This document shows, one piece after another, positions 51,201 to 62,782 of a DNA stretch of 64,000 nt. Numbering within the stretch: the first letter of the stretch is position 1; every line of letters starts with the position of its first letter. Source of the stretch: Penicillus capitatus (lineage: Eukaryota > Plantae > Chlorophyta); the NCBI GenBank assembly GCA_965649825.1, contig OZ287703.1:677722-741721 (forward strand). The letters run 5' to 3'. Under the pieces are notes generated by a model. It was given only the letters and a program-made list of their open reading frames with translations. It did no database searches and was not told the origin of the DNA. Both the position numbers and the translations under genes were made by a program.

Positions 51201-52641
51201 TTCCAGCCTGCACTGCTGCTACCCGAGATGGGATACCTTCGGATAACATGTATTCTGTCTGTAACGTACATGATGTCACGCAGAGGACGTCAGGAATGCG
51301 TATGCGTCGTTTGACGTCACATAGCGAAAAATGTTAGTTCTTTGCCTTACCTTAATCGTAGCGGGAAGTTCATTGTCCTTCCTTCAGAATGGATATTCAC
51401 GAAGAAGCCTTGGAGTTTTGACCCGAAACAGAAAACGAGAGATTGTAGGATATTCCTAAACTGCTCGACGTCAACGATGTCGCCCTTCAGCGAAGCGGCG
51501 GGTATGTTGCGTCGCATCTCTCCTGCAAGCGTTGGCATCTATCCGACGACGAGGTTTGCTGCCTTTAGACTCTAGTAAAAGAGTAAGCAAAGTCTGTCGT
51601 CGGCGTGCGGCGAATTGCTTTCGGAATAACCCATGTGAGGCCGTCCAGTTGGACTTGGATAATCTAGCACAGGATGTCGAGTACCATCTCTTGTTTACTC
51701 AGTCTTTGTGCATCGTATTCTAATCTTGGATATAAGAACCACATGGCGATCGAGAAATACGCAAATCTCTAACAATACTACTGTCTGCGTCAAAGATGTC
51801 AGTCGGCGCATTGGGCATTTCAGATCATCCAGCTGCAGAGTTTATTAAGAGACATGGTGGAGCAAAGGCACAGTAAACACTCGCAATGATGCGTTTGTAC
51901 GTGCGCCTCTCGAGCTGACGTCTGTTTAACACGAAGAACATGCTCTTGTTCTGAGGGGAAGGCCGCTGATCGAAATGCGTGACACGATCGCGAGTCTCAA
52001 CGTGATTGGTAGACGGTCAATTGCAGAAACGTCGAGAAGCGTCATGGATGTGTTTTTGAGACAGCTTTGCTATTCGCTCTTTGTCTAGATCCTCTGATCT
52101 CAAAGTCAATGCACACAAACAAAAAGACTCCTTCAATTTCATCCTCTTTATGGTAGACTGTAATGCTGTCGACGACTAATGATACCGTTCTTCTTGGTGC
52201 GTTGTGCTTACGTGCTGAAACCATAAAAGGGTGGTTGAGTGCCTTCGAGGTTGCCTTGGGAAAAGAGCGAGGAATCAAATGATCGATGTTCGCGATAGAG
52301 AACGCGTTTTTCTGTGAGTGTCATCGATTTCGTTCGTTCGTTAAGCCGAGATGTTAACAGCTCTCTGCCAATGAACAACAACCCACTGATTCATCGTTAA
52401 CTGCCGATGGCAATGATTTGGGGGTGGTGTAGGAAATGTAAGATCCTTCTTGACCATCTTTGTAATGAGTGACCAGATTTGACGACGCGAAATGCGAGAA
52501 CCCATTGCAACATGTTCTGCACACAGAACGATGTTCGTATAGGACTTGTTTGGTTGAAGAGTACTATTTGGCTGTGGTATCGGCGTCTTCCATTGTGAGC
52601 CTAACGACTCCCGACGGGTCCTGCTGTAACTTCACCCATTA

Positions 52642-54230
52642 TCACGACACTGGCCCTATCATCAACCCGACTGTTATGTTTGGCGATAGGAAAGGCACGA
52701 ACGTTGGTGCTGCAGGAGGTGGTGGTGACGTAGTAACAGTTGCTCCTGCAGAAGCACTACCTCCGTCTGCTGAGGCATCAGTGGTGACAGCCACCATTGC
52801 GCCATCAGATCTGACAGATCAGCAAACTTATATACATTAAAGAGTGAAAAGGGACAGACGGGGAGGCCGGAGGAGGAGGCGTTGATGGTGGCGGTGGAGG
52901 TGGCGTATCGGGAGATGGAGTCGGGGAAGCCGGAGTGGGAGCCGGAGGTGTTGGTGAAACGGTAACATCTACCTCAGCAGAGGCCGTTGCGCCTCCGCTG
53001 GCCATGGCACTAGCGTCAGCTGCTACCATTCCGCCATCAGATCTGTCAGAAAAACAGAGTTATACTCTGCAGCGTGAAGAAAGGGACAGACGGGGTCGGA
53101 GATGCGGGAGCGGGAGACGGGGTCGGAGATGCTGGAGCGGGAGACGGGGTCGGAGATGCGGGAGCGGGAGACGGGGTCGGAGATGCGGGAGCGGGAGACG
53201 GGGTCGGAGATGCGGGAGCGGGAGACGGGGTCGGAGATGCGGGAGCGGGAGACGGGGTCGGAGATGCGGGAGCGGGAGACGGGGTCGGAGATGCGGGAGC
53301 GGGAGACGGGGTCGGAGATGCGGGAGCGGGAGACGGGGTCGGAGATGCGGGAGCGGGAGACGGGGTCGGAGATGCGGGAGCGGGAGACGGGGTCGGAGAT
53401 GCGGGAGCGGGAGACGGGGTCGGAGATGCGGGAGCGGGAGACGGGGTCGGAGACGGAGGAGAAGGAGACGGAGGAGAAGGAGAAGGTGTCACTGGAGGTC
53501 GATCATCACAGTAGATAAAACATCGCCTCAAAGCTGAAACGATGCCATTCTGGACACTGATATCGAACGCAAAATCGGCATCGAGTCCAACGACCCCGCT
53601 GGACGAGCATGCCGCGGCCTCCGCGTCGGCTGCGGCCCGCGCTGTGGAATCCACCAAACTCGCAAGCGCCGACGAGCATCTTGTCGATACAGGTCCGAGA
53701 CTTGCTGCTAATTGCGCGATCGAATTGACCGTAAAGCAACCGACGATCTCGGCATCCGCAAATGAACTGGCCGAACCGCAGCCGATCGATCGCCCATCGC
53801 AATCCGCTCTCACAAACGCACTGGCAAACGCCGCAGCGCTAACCATGGCAAAGCACTTGGCATCGGATTCGGGTGTCACCGGACGACAACCTCTACTTCC
53901 ATAGAACGATCCCGAACCGAAGCAGCCTTGAAACTCGGAAGGAAAAGACTACACAGCAGCCATGTGATACCCATCCATGCTCGTGTTTAAGCGTACTCCG
54001 CAAAACGCGTTAGAGCTGGCCCGCACGGTACAACTTCCACCGCTCGACGAGGCGGTCGCTCTTGTCCCGACTATGGCTGTGCAGGTCGACGTCGGGTTCG
54101 GGCATCTCGACACAAAACCCGCTGCGGGCCGCGTGTTCCTTTAAGGCCACGAACGTGCAGCGGTCTAACCTGAAGTAAGGGTTCCCAATAGGGTAATGGA
54201 CAAAATCACAAGCGCCGTGAACGACATCAT
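52642..54230 (-). CDS. Secreted Cys/Ala-rich protein, member B, with Pro-rich (HRGP-like) tail; 3' end uncertain
   Basis: [20 protein letters not shown]|[14 protein letters not shown]...AFCG|SFPSEFQGC...[10 protein letters not shown], then (SPTPSPAPA)n and two further SDG-start exons; 14 Cys. Confidence 0.8.
53089..53451 (-). repeat. Coding minisatellite, 13 copies of a 27-nt unit encoding SPAPASPTP
   Basis: Plus-strand unit GATGCGGGAGCGGGAGACGGGGTCGGA repeated from 53101 to 53451; only one substitution seen (copy at 53128). Confidence 0.97.
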
Positions 54231-54334
54231 GCCGTTTATGCTGCCTCCCTTTGAGGTAATAACCCGCTTCAAGTTGGCAGGGTATGCGAAGAATTCGCGA
54301 AAAAATCTAGAGGCAAAAATCTAAAGCGAAGGGC

Positions 54335-54344
54335 GAATTTATAG
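54335..54344 (-). promoter_or_regulatory. Putative TATA element CTATAAATTC of secreted gene B
   Basis: Identical 10-mer upstream of genes B, C and E, at similar distance from the ATG. Confidence 0.55.
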
Positions 54345-56220
54345 CTTGGCCGATTCGATGCGATCCGATCAGATAACGAGTCGCTTCACTGTCAGCTACC
54401 GAACAGCGTGCGCCTTGCACGAGGCACCACATAACAGCGCCCCACGGCTTCCTTACCCGTAGGTACAGCTGATGAGAAGCTGAGAAGTTCACCAAGATGC
54501 CGAGAGTCCTGGACATTAATATCCTTCCTTACCTGGTGGGCCGCGGCGGCCTTTCGAGGCATATATTGTCCACATGCCCTAAACAGCTAGGAGCTGACAC
54601 ATCCAACGCAGTCAGCTTCTGACTCCATGTTGCCAGGTGTCTTCTTCACGCGGCTTTTCCCACAAGTCGGAAAGCCAGTTGTGTTGCGGAGGCATAGCAG
54701 ATGCCGCCCAACAACGAACGAAAAGCAGCTAGCCGAGCACAGCAGTCGCGTCGCTGAAGATGCTTCGGTGAACGTACTCTGCTCAAGCCAATGTCGTTGA
54801 AAGAGCGATAAAGCCCGGTGCGTGCGACGCGTCTGGGTCCACCTTGTTCGGCCGAGGCGGCGAGTCGAAGATGCCCAAGGCAGCGAGCGTCTCGTTCTTC
54901 GTTTCATAATGCAGGTACAGCGCGTGCGGGTACGAGTTCGAATTTGCTAAACAGTGCCGACTACAGCTGAACCGTTGCTCGCAAAGGCCTTCGAAGGCAT
55001 AGGCTGGTCTTTAGAAACGGAAAAAGCGTGTCTAGTTGGAATAGTACGCAAAATTGTAAAGTGCCTTCGACGCATCCTGTCCACGAGTACGATCGGAAGG
55101 CACCCACTACATTCGAATGGTGTCATGCCGAAGCCTATTTTCAGCTATACGCGTTTGCCGCATCTCCTTCCACTCTCCCGGCAAGACAACGAATCGCCCG
55201 TAAACAAGTGCTTCTGAGCGTCTATGCCTCAAAGACCGAGAAAAAAATGTTCCCTGGGCACTTTCCACGTAGCCACTGCATGGTTCCCATTTTTAGAATG
55301 GCATTAAGTTGTTTGTTGTTATTGACGTCACCCATCATGTCTATGAAAGCATCCGCTCCGTGATAATGTCCTCTACACGATCTTAGTCAGCTGTTTGGAT
55401 ATAGTGGACTGGACGTCCCGCTTGATTTTTTAAACAATTGTGTGTGGCATCGGCTTAAGAGCCATGTACCCTGAGCGCGTCTAGACGGTGGCTATCTTAT
55501 CGACGATCGCTACTGCCATCATTAGACAGTTGCTGTCTCTAGAATCAAAAACTGCAGCGGAATCCAAATGCAATTGGAGATCGAAAGAGAAAGCCGATCG
55601 ATCTATAGGCAGCAAAGGCGCCCTGCGAGCCATCGAGATCTTACTATTCGTTTCCTGTGCGTGGCGGTGGTCGTGATGGGCGATGATGACCCGTGCACCG
55701 AACGCGTTGCGCGTTTTTCGATGAGGAGGTATTTGCGAATAGAGCATGCTCTAGCTGCCAACAATTTCCTTGCCCGACACATAAATCCATCCAACATTGC
55801 CCGAATATCCCATGTGTATGTTCGAGTGCTAGATAGGGAGGGTCTTTGTCGTTCCAAAACCTGCATTTGCCAAAAATAGAAACAACGAAATGGAAATCGA
55901 CATCAAATGCGATTTCCGTAACCGGGCGAAGTCACTTGATCAACAGAACCCCTTCTCAAACTGGAGAGAAATCCAGCCGCTTGATAGTTAGCAATTGCCC
56001 GTATAGCACAAATGAAAGCAATGCGGTCAGACCGCAAAGAAAACGGCTTATTCTGCCGTTTTATACAAAAAAGAGGTTATACTGGCTTCGTTTGTAAATG
56101 CAAGTGTCGTATGGACCACCAATACTTGATAGATAGAAAGGAAACTTTGCAAACCACGTGGGTCATTTCGATGTCATGCAAAACTAACTTTGTGATCATT
56201 CTCGCGTAAGTATTTTCAAT

Positions 56221-57075
56221 TCAATGGTCTGTGGTATTTGAAGGAGGAGATGTGACATTTGCAGGAGGAGATGTATCGGTAACTTCTGCACCTCCCGCGG
56301 ATACCGGCTTTTCCACCTCCTTGTCGTCAACTTTTTCGCAATACACCCAGCACGACGCAAAAGCCTTAGAAATGACGCTCTTCACTTCGCTGGAGAACTG
56401 GAAGTCTTTCGCCATTCCTGGTTTGTTTTTGGAAGAGCAGGCACTGGCCATGGCAGTTGCACCAGCAGACGCGATGTTCACGACCACGGCATCGACTGCT
56501 GACTGACAAGCGGGATCGTTGGTTTTTCCGCTATATAGGGTTACGTTAACGATAGCTTCGGCAACAGAACACGCTGTCGCCGATGCTTCTACTCTCGCCT
56601 CAATGCACCCCTCCCCTTTGCCCGTGCATTCGGCAAAGACCGAGGCGGATGCAAAAGCCGACGCAGCTGCCTTCGCCCAACATTCGACGTCGCGTTCGAT
56701 ACCATGAGTACGACACTTTCCATCTGCTGCGTCTCCGTAGAGTTTTTCGCCATTGACACAACCCTGACTTGCCGACGCAAATGTCTAATAATGCAAAGCG
56801 TTAAGGAGAACGGTTCGTAGGGAACGGTCGCAGAGGATGGATACCTTGCAATCCGTCTCGTGTTTGAAAGTGCACGGTTTCGCACGCTTACCATACTGCT
56901 TAATTTTCGTGCGAACGTATTCACTGTTGCAGCTTGATTTGGTTGCGGGACATGTCGACTTGAAATCGGCTGCATGCACACTTCAAGAAAACCGACGAAT
57001 ATGTGTTGCCATACCATAGACTGAAGCGGCGCCCAAAAGGACGACGAACAGTGGCACAAACAAAGTCTTCCACAT
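56221..57075 (-). CDS. Secreted Cys/Ala-rich protein, member C
   Basis: MWKTLFVPLFVVLLGAASVY|ADFKSTCPATKSSC...DCK|TFASASQGC...AFASCWVYCE; 14 Cys; same two intron positions as A and B. Confidence 0.78.
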
Positions 57076-57178
57076 TTTGTTCAAAACTGAAACGGTGTTT
57101 GTTCTCCAAACGATGTCGCTCTCGACGCGTCCTCTTGGGCAATTGCTTGCTTGGGTGAAGAATGCACGTAGGGCCGTC

Positions 57179-57188
57179 GAATTTATAG
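57179..57188 (-). promoter_or_regulatory. Putative TATA element CTATAAATTC of secreted gene C
   Basis: Same 10-mer as upstream of genes B and E. Confidence 0.55.
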
Positions 57189-57839
57189 AATACGTTGACG
57201 TGACAGGTGTGGTACGCGTGTGCTGAGAGCCAATATCCAACGCTCGTTTTGTACCTCTACATGAGAGCAAGGGTCATCAGCTTCTCTATCCGTCAATGCA
57301 GCTCCACTGAACCATGAAGTTCGCACTGCGTGCCCATCTTGAAATCATTCTTAAAAAATGGGACGCGGCCCTGAAGCGACCTTCGTCAACGTATGGTAAC
57401 CCGTCGGCCATGCTGACCACAAAAACAGAAGATTCTCGGGAGAACGGTAAGACACCATCTGCATCGATGAACGTGGCGCAGCATCGATTGCGCTTGAATG
57501 CTGAGAAGACATTTGCGAGCAATGCCGCGTTCGCGTTACGCTTTTGAGAATCAAGACGTTGAGCCGTTTATGCTTTCAACGGAAACCCCGCGGAGGAATG
57601 CAGCTCCTTGTCTCCTAAAGCTAATCCCCCACGGTTTATACAGACGACCTCACTCAAAGAGAAAAAAGTCGATTGTTTCATTGGGAAAGAAGACTCCTTC
57701 CGTCAAACCGCACAACTGACAAAGACATCGATCAAGACAGCACAGAACGGAACGCGTAGCTCCACGGCATTCTGCATGCCGTGTCGTTGTCACTAGCACC
57801 AAGCAATAAAAACTCAATAGCGCCTACAAATGGGCATCA

Positions 57840-58660
57840 TCAAAGACCGAATCCTTCGCAATACATCCAGCAAGCGTTGAATGCCGTTGCCACTTCATCT
57901 TGCACAGCTGCTATGAAATCGCGGTCCGCAGTGGTGGAAATCCCTTCTGGCAAGGCGCAGATCGATTCTCTGAGGATGGCGGTCTGACTTCGTACGGCGT
58001 CGATCACTGCTACGATGCTCTCTTCGCAGATGGGATCTCCAAATGTATTGACTCTCTCTGCAACGTCCCGGATGGCACGGCCCACTCTGCATGAGACCTC
58101 GTCGGTCTCTTGCCGGATAGCAGCGCAGGCAACGCCGCCTGGAGAACAATCCACCGAAACGAATCCGGAAGCGCCTGCGGCGGCGGCCGCAAAACACGCT
58201 GCGTCTTGTTGGATATCGACGTTGCGGCACTCTGTCTCCGATGGTGGTTGATCCGTATTCAGGCAAGCATTCGCTGCCTGTTGGAAATCCTAAGCAAAGA
58301 ACGTCGTCACAACGTCGCCCGCTTTGTCGATGCATTCTACCGCCTCTGAAGAATCGGATGTCACCGAACACTGTCCTGGACTATCGGCAATGACTCTCGC
58401 CTCGGCAGCATTTGGGCCTCCACTCCCGTCAGCAGCTACCGCAAAGCCATCGACACTCACATCGCCGCTGCCGACAATCGTGGTCTGAGCGGTCGCTGTC
58501 AAGACGGACTGCGGAGCAGATGGTGGACACCTGTCCGCAAATTGCGCTAGAAAGGAACATTGGCGTCTCGCAGGTATCGACGGACATATGGATCCTTACC
58601 CTCAGAGACGATGACGCCTGAGAGCATGACGACTAAAAGAGCAATGGCCTGCTTAGACAT
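57840..58660 (-). CDS. Secreted Cys/Ala-rich protein, member D (divergent, 12 Cys)
   Basis: MSKQAIALLVVMLSGVIVSE|AQFADRCPP...GQCSVTSDSSEA|DFQQAANAC...AFNACWMYCE; introns at the family positions. Confidence 0.72.
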
Positions 58661-59209
58661 AATTGAATCCACGAATGCACGAATGGGAATCCGGAACTGG
58701 CTATCACTGGAACTGAACAAAAGGACCCGGTCGAGGTTTAAATACCGCGCTGGTCGTTCACCGTGAAGTTGTGCTGACGAGACGCGTGGACACCTGACTG
58801 GAACTTTCCAGAAGTCGCGGCGTCAAGTGACGTGTCTCTCTACGACATAGCGTCGACGGCTGACGCGTCGTTTCTTTGTGAGTGGCGTCGGAGGCATAGA
58901 GAGTCATGCGAGAAACGCCATTTAGTGGGCGAACCTCCAAAACACGTCACATTCCGCAGCAGAATGGCGAGGACGGAACTCTGTAGGAAAAAGGCGCCCA
59001 TTGCGCGTAAGTATTAGGTAAGTGCTCGAGACAGGTGGCACGTCTATGGAACGCATACTGACCGAAATCGCACGCAGACTTGCCTGCCCGCTTCCTAATC
59101 ACGTCGCCGTCTGACGCAGCAACAGTTCTTGTTACGTACAGGTGTCGTACGATAGCCAACGTGCATGACCGCTAGGGTGTCCATGGGGACACCGCGGGAG
59201 CTTCATACG

Positions 59210-60433
59210 ATGGAAGAAAAACGCGGCGACCGTCGAGGAAAGAAACGCGAGGCCCCTTACGCTGCCTCGTATTCGCTGCGTAAACGTTCTGTAACGAACA
59301 GCACAGGGTAGGCTGCATCGACCTGCGATTTGTAGTGCCGTTGTTCGTGGCTTCGCAGAAACGACGACTTGTTGCGGCAGTTTGTTACGTCGTTGAAGCC
59401 GGACGCGCGTTTCATCGTGTTTTCGGGCAGCGGTCTTTCGGCCGATGCAGGTTTGAAAACCTAGGCGTCCCATTCGACTGCTCCCCTGTCGCCACAGGCG
59501 TCTCAATGTTCACCACAAACAACGGCCTCTATGCGAGAGCCCAAAAGAGATTTCGTGTCGCCAATGGGCAGAAACTCTTGTCTTATGATTTCTACGAGCA
59601 GCGACCTCGCGATGCTCAAGTCATTGGACGAAAAGAGTGATGCCCATTACTGAGAAGATCTTTGTTTTGAGGCATTCTTCGCTTCGATCTATGAAGAAGT
59701 TCTCAATTGTCAACCAGGCCGTAGTCATCACCTGCTGCATGAGCTTCAGACGAGAGGTCACATCTTGCAGCACTACACACTAAATATAGATGGCCTGAGT
59801 CGACTGCTGTCGGATCAAGGCCTCGTTGAGATCCACGGAAATATCCAGTACCCCCAACATCGGCAGTCACATCATAGAATAGTTGAGGCTGTCACATCTG
59901 TAGGCGTCTCTTCTGCCCTTCTTGCGGGAATGTTTGCGACATGACCCTCAGAATGGCACAGAGAATGAAGCAGCGAAAGGAACAGATCTGCGCATCCTGT
60001 CTGTCCGACCACCTTCGCTCCAGAATCGTTCTGTATCAAGACAAAGATTCTGAAAAGATAACACCCGCTGCCGCCCTCTGGACCTCAGTTCAGCAAAGCG
60101 CAAACGTCACTCTCATGCACATTCTCACACTTCTTCGATCTTCTCTTTGCGGTAGGCAGTGGATGATATTCTGTGGATTGGCATGAGTTTCAAACAGGCT
60201 GCTTCCATCGAGTACTTTAACAAAGTCTGCTCCCTTACCAGTGAGCAGCAGTTAGGCATTCATCAAGACATAACCTATGTCGTGCAGAGGACACCGTCCG
60301 GCACGTTATTGTGAATCCAGACGAAGAGACAGAGTTCTATCTACGCTCCGGCGTGACACACAGTGACGTATCTCTCTTGCATCTGCAACGAGAAGCCTCA
60401 GTGGTACTGGAAGCGATTCGTGAGCAGAGATGA
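59210..60433 (+). CDS. Sirtuin (SIR2-family NAD-dependent deacylase), multi-exon; start uncertain
   Basis: IVFSGSGLSADAG|VSMF...GLY, HYTLNIDGL, VEIHGN, Zn ribbon CPSC...CASC, LRSRIVLY, LWIGMSF, HVIVNPD; stop TGA 60431-60433. Confidence 0.82.
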
Positions 60434-60448
60434 GATAAAATACGCTCG

Positions 60449-61957
60449 CTACGTTTGGTTGAGATCTGAAAAGAAATTAGGAATCGACTGTTTTTTCTTC
60501 ATCTTTTTTCTGGATCTCTTGCTCAGCTGAGGCTTTTCGCGCTTAGAGGGTTTATGTTCCGCTTCCTCCTCGTGTGCCTCCTCGTGTTCTTCGACTTTTT
60601 CGCCGGTAAGAATCTTCAAGTTTTGAATATCCCACAGACGAACACAGTTCTCCAAACCAATCGAAGCCAAAAGAGTGTCATCTCCACTAATACTGAGTCG
60701 TTCGATCGTATCGGAGTCCCGGTGACGACCGATCACTCCTAACACACGATTCGGATCGAATCTTAGGACACGTAAGACACCATCGGCACACCCTGTCACA
60801 CTTTTTTCGCTGAAAAGGTATTCTAAGTGAGATTAGGCCGAACAGACCTGTCACGACAGATTGGTCGTCCAGAGACACCATCGCATCGATCGATCCGCGA
60901 TGCGTTTGTGCACTTCCAGAAAACCAGGCGTGTGTCTTGTCAACCGTCAAAGGTGAGAAAACTGCCACTTTTCCACTAGACGTCCCACATATCACCTTTC
61001 TACCATCTCCAAGAGGCTGCAGGGATACGCCCTCTTCCTTGAAACCTGACAATCCAGGTGAGACCACAGGAAATGCTCGCTCAGCTAACCGTCATGCGAC
61101 TGAAGCACCGTCTTGAATCTGCGCATGTCGTTCACAGTGATGCTGGTATCGCCGCTGGCAGCAACAAGGCGATGTGTTCCAGGGAGAAACGCGAGATCGG
61201 TGATGTAGTCCACATGCGCCTGGACTTCTCCCACCTCTCTGCGGCACCTCGTGTCCCAGACCTGTCCATTCGCGCATCAACATCCTCTTCTGTGCCCAAA
61301 GGGCCCATCCACCCATCTCACTTTTAAAACACCACTGTCATCTCCCGAGGCCAACGTTCCATCTTCCAGGTTTTCGATTCGATAAATCTCGCACCCCTGT
61401 CCCGCCGCCTCGATGGTCCTGCCGAAATGTCTCTCAAAATCCCACCCTCAGGTGAGTCACAGACGTCCGTGCCTGACGCATTGTCCCGTCGAGGCGTCGA
61501 AGAGATGAAGCCGTCCGTCGCTGTGTGCGGATGCGAAACGCGTTCCCTCTGCTCCAAACAACACAGCTCGGACTGGCGACCTGACAGCCTCTCCGCACAG
61601 AGAACGCTCACACCTAAGCACCCCCTACCGAGTCGAGCTGTCTCAGAAACGCGATAACCGACGTGTAGTAGACAGCTGGCCTAAGGGTCGCCTTCTCGGC
61701 GAGTTCCCCTTCGAATTGCCTGTCTATGTCCGCGGGACTGTCTGTGTCCGCGTCGAGCAGCGGGCGACACGAGAGAAGACGTATGTCGCCGGTGATGCTC
61801 CCGACGGCGAGCAACGTTTTTGTCGGATGGAAGCTGAGGTCCTGAGGACCGTCGTCTCGTTGAGATGCAACGGGGCGGACTATGGACTCACCGTTGGCTG
61901 GTCGTCGAGGTCGATACGACTCGACGCGCTGCGAAACTCCGCTGGCGACAAAGCCAT
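60449..61957 (-). CDS. WDR55: WD40-repeat protein WDR55/JIP5-like, multi-exon
   Basis: DQPT|DLSFHPTKTLLAVGSITGDI, KVICGTSSG, SIDAMVSLDDQSVVTG, GVIGRHRDSDTIERLSIS...VRLWD, Lys-rich tail ending NFFSDL. Confidence 0.8.
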
Positions 61958-62782
61958 GTCTGACCCTCAGACGTTCTTTGGTGTACGACGATCGTTGCAT
62001 TGTACCTACCCTTTCAAGTTATAGCCTGCGTAGTTTTTCGTACTTTCGAAGGAGATTATTATTCCAACGAAAGCAAAACAAGAGAAACGCGTTGTTGTAC
62101 AGAAGCCACGTGTGGTCCGTCTGAACACCCTCGATAAGTAAAAACAAGGCATCCTTATAAGAGCCGCGTGTGGAAGATAAAACGTCATGTAGCTATTTAC
62201 CTTCTTGCTGAAACGAAGCATCGAATCTCGATTTCGTTTTTCTTTTTGGTGCCTCGGGCAGTCTGCTTTAGGTAATATCATGGAAACAAGGAGGATCCCT
62301 TTGATACCTAGCGTTGGGATGAACCTGGGTTTTCTAGAAGGAATCGAATCGTTTACCGACAACACTCAAACGTAAGCAATCATGGCAGATGCTTGTCCAT
62401 CCAGATCGATGGTGAGAGTTCCGTCGCGTCGACAACACTCCCATTGTTCGCTATGCGATTTCGTGGACCGAAACGTCCTCTGAGGCGGCCGATTGCGAGG
62501 GCGGCGTCGGGCAGATACAAGTGACTAACTCCAAACTTCCGTTTCATGATTTTAACGATTGTCCTGAACGTTTTCAACAAACAGGCTACTTGTTTGAATT
62601 GTCTTTCAGGAGACAATTCATCGACGACGACGATGGCGAGTCATAAGGTACTCGCAGGCAAAAAACTGTAAGATAGATCATAACCGGGAAAGAAACCCAG
62701 AAAGAAAAAAATACGAAGCACGTGATACTTCTGCTAATGGCTTTGCGTTTGTCGTGCTGACTGCTTAGCATCGACTTCATCA

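Noticed and set aside
51340-52300. Short minus-strand ORF fragments between the LRR pseudogene and gene B
   Set aside because: Interrupted by stops, with no recognisable similarity to anything else in the window.
52935-53537. Plus-strand repeat ORFs (GAGDGV)n, (RERETGSEM)n, (GRRGRRCGS)n
   Set aside because: Antisense readings of the 27-nt minisatellite. The minus-strand Pro-rich frame is continuous with the signal-peptide/Cys-rich gene.
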